Shown here one piece after another: positions 57,497 through 64,000 of a stretch of 64,000 nucleotides of DNA. The number at the start of each line of letters is the position of its first letter. Position 1 is the stretch's first letter. Origin of the DNA: Zootoca vivipara (Eukaryota); NCBI RefSeq assembly GCF_963506605.1, contig NC_083292.1:40920001-40984000 (forward strand), written 5' to 3'. The notes under the pieces were generated by a model. It made no database searches. It saw nothing but the letters and a program-made list of their open reading frames with translations, and had not been told where the DNA came from. A program made the translations under genes and the position numbers.

Positions 57497-60400
57497 GTAA
57501 GCATTTTATATGCACATCCACACTTTTGCTGTAACATGTTTAAATTAAACAGAGTTCAATTCTTGCAGTCCACTTTGGGATTCAAATTGGGTGAGCAAAA
57601 CATGTATTCAATGAAACTCATCACCCAACAGAGTTTAGCACGTTTCCATTGCTCAGCAGGAAGAAAAGCAGACGATCGTGATTCTCACATCTCCCCACTA
57701 GAAATGTCGTCCTCCCCCATCAAACTGTAATTCACAATGTTTCTGCTAGTGCAAGATTTTAGCACTAGCCACAAGGGAACATTTCCCCCACTTCTCCTGC
57801 ATGCCATTACCAAAGCTGCTCTCGGGAGGGGGGGGGCGATGACTGGAATGGGGCTGACAGTATATCCTACTTAGCTCTATGTGGGATGCAACCCAGAATT
57901 CAGCAGGAAAAGAGTTTCGGCACCTCTATTTTCTTAGATCTCACAAAGCATAACTGAAAACTGCAAAGTACTCTTTGTAAACAGTATTTGGCTTTACTGT
58001 GGGACTTGAGGTGTGAATTGGTTTGTGACCCTGTGTATTCCCAGCAGAACAGGAGGACATAGTAGGGGAACATTAGAGATATTTCATGAACCACTTTTAA
58101 TATGAGAATAGGATAGTTGATTGCATAGGTCTTTGGTCTGATCCAGCTGCAGTGGTGTTCTTAGGCTTTTCATTGGTGATTTCAGCCACAGAGAATCAAG
58201 TCTGCCCTCATATTCATAAGTTACAGCTAGGTAGCTGTGTTGGTCTGACGTAGTCAAAACAAAAAATAAAAAAAATTCTTTCCAGTAGCACCTTAGAGAC
58301 CAACTACCTATGACAAACTTAGTTGGTCTCTAAGGTGCTACTGGAATAAATTTTTCTCATATTCATAAGAAATCCATCCTGGAGCTCTGCTTCTTGTTTC
58401 AGGCTTGAGTGTTTTTAAGTGTTTGAAAATGGTTTCCTGATATTTGCAAATTGTTATTTCATATACTCCTGCCTTAAACTGTTTCAAATATTTTAGACTT
58501 AGTAATACTTGCTGCAGCTCAAAACATGTCAGAGAAAGTGCGGTATTTTGCCAAGAAAAATGATGAACTGCAAAAAGACATTGGTAAGCTACCCTGCGAC
58601 GCTGAAGAATTGTAGTGCAGTGGGAACCTGCCCTGAGTCTGCACCAGCTGAAAGCCCCTTCTCTAGCTGAATACTCTTAGAGCCAGAGCAGAGTGCTGCC
58701 CTCTTTTGCATCCGGCCACCCTAGAGAAACCTCAGAGATATTCAGTTCAGCTCTCCTGAACTGTTGAATTGATTTAACTTCTATTGTGAGGAAAGAAAAG
58801 ACAAGCCCATCATCAGAAAGAAGCCCTTATCACCCACTCACATAGTGAATGGACCCATTGGCCACTAAATACATAATTGGTAAAGTAATTTAAAATTGTC
58901 TATAAAGCTTTAGATGTGAAAGCAAATAATGGGAATGAATGCCTATTACGTCACTTGTACATAGAAGCAAAATAAAGATGTTCAGCAGCAAAACACACAT
59001 TTTGTGAGAGTCGTATACAGTATTGTAATGCCATTTCCCCCTTTCTCTTTGAGCTTGGGAAATATTATTTATTGCATTTAAAGACATTAGGCCAAAACCA
59101 AGTCTAAATCCTGATTGAAATGGATCTAGAAAATCAGTTCCCTCCAAGAGCACCTGGATCTGGTCCACAAGCACCCACTCAAGAACCTTGCCCAGGAAGG
59201 GGAGATTAGCAACTGACGGGCAGTTACTTAGATTTTCTGAGCCCAGGGATGATTTCTTTGGGAGTGGTTTTACCACTGCCTCCTCCAACCCCTCTTATAA
59301 AGAGGCATTAATCACCTTTCTGGTCCAGCCAGCTGCCTGCTCCCTGCTAGTTTGTATCAGCCACAAGGGCCAAGGGGGCCCCAAGCACCTTTTCCGCATT
59401 CTTGAACCTTACCAACTGAAACACACCCAACACAACGGAAACAGACTCTGCTCTGGACACCCTTCGAGATTCATTGCTATAAAAGCAGGGTCAAGATGCA
59501 AGCAATTTTGTCGTTAAAATGCTTTGCAAACAAGTCACAGAAAGCTGCTGTCAGTTCTACCATCTCCTTCGGGCAGACGGTAGCAGGCCCTGTGTTACCC
59601 GGGAAAGCTCTGCTGGATGGCACAATGGAGGAAGCAAAGCAAACCTTCCTTGTAGTCTTCACTGCCACTTGGGAGACTCGAGGATGAGCCCTCACCAGTA
59701 GTCAATTGCATTCAACCAGATTTTTCCTCCACTCAAGTTCAAGCCATCTCCCAGTTTCTTTCTTTGCCCTAACCTCTGCAGTATACCAGGGGGACAAACA
59801 GGCTGCATGAAGCAGGAGTGGGCACTCAGGGCCAATTTTGTCAATGGCCCAAGCCAAGGCAGAGGGTCCTCTGGGTAGTTGCACCTGCCCTGTAGCACTC
59901 CCTCCCACCAGATGTCAAGGGGGAAATCAACTATCTGACTTTCAGAAGACATCTGAAGGCAGCCCTGTTCAGGGAAGTTTCTAATGGTTGGTGTCTAATT
60001 CTGTTTTAATTTTTTGGAAGTCGCCCAGAGTGGCTGGGGCAATCCCAGTCAGATGGGCAGCATATAAATAAAGTATCAATACCATTATTGTTAGTATTTG
60101 GTTGTTCCAGAGCTCAGCCAAAGCTCGGCAGGAGCACCAGTCAGATCAGCTGGAAAATCCCCCAGAGCCATTTGGAATCCCACTGGATCCATCCTTTCAG
60201 CTCAGGCAGGGAGACTGCTGGGCAGCAAAGCAGGTGGTAAACCAGCAGAATCCCTCATCTGTCCCGGTTGCCCAATGCCAGCAACACACACTCTAGATTC
60301 CCCTCCCCACCTCTGCAGAGAGTGAAAGAGGATTTTGATAAACCACAGCTACTCCCCCTCCCCAACCTTCAAGTCTGCCCTGATGCTCCCCTGAGTATCC

Positions 60401-62376
60401 AGGTGAAAACAAGTGGGTGAGGCCCCTGAGGTTCAGGTAAGGCCTGTGAGGGGAGATACATCTTTTGTCTATTCCCTCAAATAAAAGGTTCTTGACTGCA
60501 CTCCCAGCTATGCCCCACCCCCCAAAGTATTCCCTGCAGCATCAGAATGGGTTGAAGTGTTAAGTGTTAATGTTGTTCTTGTTTTAATCTTTCTGAGCTT
60601 CCTAGATGAATATATGTTATCATATGACCACAGAAATGAACTTAATAAAAATAATTGAAAACTGCACAGATGTACAAGGTGGTTCCCATTAAATTCCCTA
60701 TTTTCTCTCTCTACTTCCTCCATACATGGCTTGACTCAAAGATAGCGTTGCTGAAAACTTGAACAATGGTTGGGTTATATATGAAAGGACCTTGTATGGG
60801 TTTTCTACTGAGATAGCCTCGTGGGTGGATGCCCAAAAAAAATGTGAGCGGGAAGACGCCCAGCTCATTTCTATGGAATCAATGGACGAACAGGTGAGCA
60901 TCAAAGCTGAGTATAGGAAAGGTAGGGGATCTTCTTGAGCCAATGGGCTCCTATCATCACTATCCATTTAAGAGGGTTACATCTACCTGTATGCAGCCAG
61001 GACAGCAACTCCATCAGTCAAGCCAAGGGGTGGATGAGGAAGGGTGCAGCTGCTACCATCTGGGACTAACTAAGGCTTCTTGGAGCTGCTGATCTCTAAT
61101 AGAATGAAGCTGGCAGTCAGGAAGGAGGTCTTGAGGGGGGTGAAGGAGTAGAGAAGAGTTTTTCTGCACTGGTCCAGTAAAACGCTTCTGCTGCGCAGAC
61201 CAGATACAGTTCTCTTTGCGGAGCATAAATCAAACACAGCGGCTGGATCCTTGTTGCGGTAAAAGCCTTCTAGGTTTGCCAGTAACGACCCACGGAAGCC
61301 CAACTTTCGAAGACAGTTTTATCGCAGACAGATAACAGAAACACCTCCAGAGCTTTCAGACATGGCTGCCCCACACCCCACAAAGCAAACAAAACAAACA
61401 CTCTATATACACTGAGCACCTTAACAACTTAACAACTTAAATCACCTTGCTACTTTGCCAGCGTCTTAGGTTTAAAGCCCTAGCAGTAGATACTTGAGGG
61501 GCATCTATCCCTTGGCTTGCTGGTAAATTCTTCCTCTGCTCTGTGAGATGTACTGAGTCCTCAGAAAAGAGGCTTCTCTCACCACCCTAACCCTCTGGCA
61601 TGAGAGTATCATGGAGATGACTCCAGAGAAGCTAGCAAGGTATATCCCTCTCCCAGTGCCTTAGCCCTGGCAGAGGGGCTACTGGGGTGCTACAGGGCAC
61701 AGACATGGGTGAGACCCCACCACCATGACATCAAGCATACCACAACCAGACTGATTCCAGTGTCTCTGGAACGAACCAACAAACATGGATGCCGAAATTG
61801 GAGTATTTGCCACACAGGTCACTGTCCCACTAGATGGTTCCAAGACCAACTGTTCTATGGCACAGTTATTTACAGTATTTGGAAATTTTAACACTGTGTC
61901 ATGACTGGAAGACATATGTAGCTAGTCTTGGTGAGGGCAGGTGAAGTTGCCCTTCACTACAACATTTCCTCTTTGGTATGCTTCCTTGATTCCATCATCA
62001 TCATCCATCATCATCATAATGTTGATCAGGAGGACAATACCACATCCACTGTACGAAATTATTATTGGTCATGGGAATATTATGTAAAGTTTTGATCACT
62101 GCTTCCCCCAAAAATGTGGGTAGGGTCTTCACAGGTGACACCTGCTCCTTTTAAAATGTGGGGTTTTTTAATGCCTGTTGAATTTCTGTAAAGGGCTATA
62201 GTCTCCCAGAGAAAGGGACATTGTCTTAAAAAGATTTTATTTCTTCTTTCTCCACCCCTACCCTAGATTTTTGTGAGCACCGAAGTACAAAACCTTAAAA
62301 AGGTTTATTGGATTGGAGTCTTTAAAGACAGGGGAGGGACATGGAAATGGCTGTCAGGGAAGATACCTTCAGTCAC
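57398..62376 (+). CDS. C-type lectin domain gene (probably type II membrane, CLEC4F/CD207/CD209-like group), partial
   Basis: Phase-compatible exons 57398-57496 (neck-like), 58497-58583 (neck-like), 60742-60893 (CTLD exon 1) and 62267-62376 (CTLD exon 2). The last CTLD exon is expected beyond 64000; the 5' exons are unresolved. Confidence 0.8.
58221..58355. mobile_element. Penelope-like palindromic remnant
   Basis: Flanking duplication CTCATATTCATAAG (58207-58220 / 58356-58369). Confidence 0.72.
58497..58583 (+). CDS. Putative lectin neck (helical) exon
   Basis: 87 nt, phase 1-1; LVILAAAQNMSEKVRYFAKKNDELQKDI; donor GTAAGC. Confidence 0.68.
59090..60070. mobile_element. Degenerate L2 pieces (RT on - at 59090-59840; 3' end on + at ~59850-60070)
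   Basis: VANLPFLGKVLE..DPFQSGFR on -; GAAGACATCTGAAGGCAGCCCTGTT..GCCCAGAGTGGCTGGGG on +. Confidence 0.7.
60742..60893 (+). CDS. C-type lectin first CRD exon
   Basis: 152 nt, phase 1-0; SVAENLNNGWVIYERTLYGFSTEIASWVDAQKKCEREDAQLISMESMDEQ|GTGAGC matches GW..F....Y.FS....W..A...C....A.L.S..S..EQ. Confidence 0.88.
62267..62376 (+). CDS. C-type lectin second CRD exon
   Basis: 110 nt, phase 0-2; IFVSTEVQNLKKVYWIGVFKDRGGTWKWLSGKIPSV|GTAAGT (WIGL-type and W.W motifs). Confidence 0.88.
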
Positions 62377-64000
62377 GTAAGTTTTTGAAGAAATATTTGT
62401 TAATGACATAACGTTCCAAAAAGTTGCAGATTCTGTTTACATAATTGATCCATTTGCTCTCCAAATATATTTTGCCATGCACTTTTCTCTACTACCAAAG
62501 ATCTACATATGTACTCCTCCACATCACTATCCAGGTGAGTGCCTGCTTCTTCTCACTAGGGTGCAGAGGCAGGAAGGCTGCTCTTCTTGCTTCTCTAAAC
62601 AAGTGAATGTGCTGATTCGGAAGAGGGTGAAAGCATGCTTTTAAATGGTTTGTGCTGCTTAGCTCAGCTTCAAAAGGACTTGCAGGAACCTAAAGCTGAG
62701 CAACACTCTCTTTAGGAAAATATTTCTACAGTTATCTGCTAAACAATCTGAATAACCAGCAATCTCAAACTTAATATAATAGGAGCAGGTGACGTAGGTG
62801 TGTGAGAGAGGGTAGTCACTCTCTTGGATAGAATCATAGACACATAGAAATTTAGCATTGGATGAGACCCGAAGGGTGATCTAGTCCAACCTAAAGAATC
62901 ATTGACAAATCCCTAATAGTTTTGGGTTGCTGTCAGCTGGCAGTTTAAGACAGTTCATGGTTCCCTTTAAGTATCTAACAACTCTTTTCAACCCATGTTG
63001 ATGGATTGACAAGGAAGATGGAAGATCTCATTCATCCACAGCTTGGTAGTAGAACAGCGAGCTAGTCTGGCATTTATTTATTTATTTATTTATTTTTCAA
63101 ATAATTTTTTATTCATTTTCCAAATACAAAATCTCAAATATTATATTATTTGCTTAACATTGTTGACTTCCTCAATTTACCCCTCACTGGGTCCATTTTA
63201 AAATTCCAATTAAGCAGTTTTCATCTTATGTCTTAAATTAATCTAACACATTTTATCATTAACACTCGAATATTCTGTTCTAAAAATGTCATCTATTCTC
63301 CACCAATAATTAATCAATTTATCCAAATCAAAAATCGTTTTCCCTTCCTTCTGTCTTCTATTTCTCCCCTTAGCCTCAAAATTTTTACCAAGAACTTTAA
63401 AAAAAAATTAATATTATTTCTTCTATCATACTAACATTTAAACACATTATAACAAATTTAGCCCCCTTCCCCTGAACTCAGGGTCTCCCAGATTCTTCAG
63501 CGAGTTCCATAAGTCATTCCAGTTTCAGACCATCTAAATCAATCAAGAAAGTTACATCCATTACTACCCCTCACCCCACTCCCACCCTGTCCCAGCCTAC
63601 CCACCATTCTTCCTCAATCATCCCCTGATGCCTCCCCAATTCTTTAAATGCTGTAGTACAAAACCATCCAGCAATAATTCCATTTTTCAGCCCTATCTCA
63701 GTTTTTATTCCCTTTGGATTCTGACCCCAGCATGGATCCTGTCCTCCCTCTCTCACTGGGAGGACATTGCTCCATGCTGGTTCTTCTTTGGGGACTTCTT
63801 GGATCAAACATATGTTCTGTTCCCCCCCCCTCTCACTGGGGGAACAATGTTCCATGTATCTTCCTCCTTTTTTAAAAAGTTCAATTACACTGTCCAAGGC
63901 TGATTATTGTTCCTCTTGCTTGACTTTGCTCTCTGTTAGAGTTAATCCTTTTTCTCTGTCCTGACAATTCTGATTCCTTTCACGCCATTCATACAACTGT

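Noticed and set aside
59090-60070. Twin-priming inversion of an L2 element
   Set aside because: The orientation fits, but more than 1 kb is missing between the parts and no TSD was found; may be two insertions.
1-64000. CRISPR arrays, rRNA or prokaryotic systems
   Set aside because: Vertebrate DNA; no repeat-spacer array or rRNA-like sequence seen.

Overview
Squamate genomic DNA. The repeat content (Sauria SINE, Squam3-like SINE, Bov-B) suggests a lacertid lizard. The first ~49 kb is a tandem cluster of five vomeronasal type-2 receptor (V2R, class C GPCR) genes with the standard six-exon layout. Gene A (-) runs off the left edge. Genes B (-), C (+, head-to-head with B) and E (-) are complete. 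Gene D (-) shows exons 1-4 only; its exons 5-6 are missing at a 130-N assembly gap. From ~57 kb to the right edge there is a multi-exon C-type lectin gene on the + strand that the ORF track almost entirely misses. Introns and intergenic DNA are dense with Bov-B, L2, CR1, L1 and RTE LINE fragments, SINEs, hAT and mariner MITEs, solo LTRs and Penelope-like repeats. Main observations: (1) a promoter module shared by all five V2Rs at near-constant spacing, with homeodomain-like and O/E-like sites, duplicated upstream of gene B; (2) an in-frame duplicated exon-3 end with a second splice donor in gene D; (3) the hidden C-type lectin gene; (4) intact minimal hammerhead ribozyme motifs in the Penelope repeats. 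All splice sites and translations were read by hand; no database searches were run.
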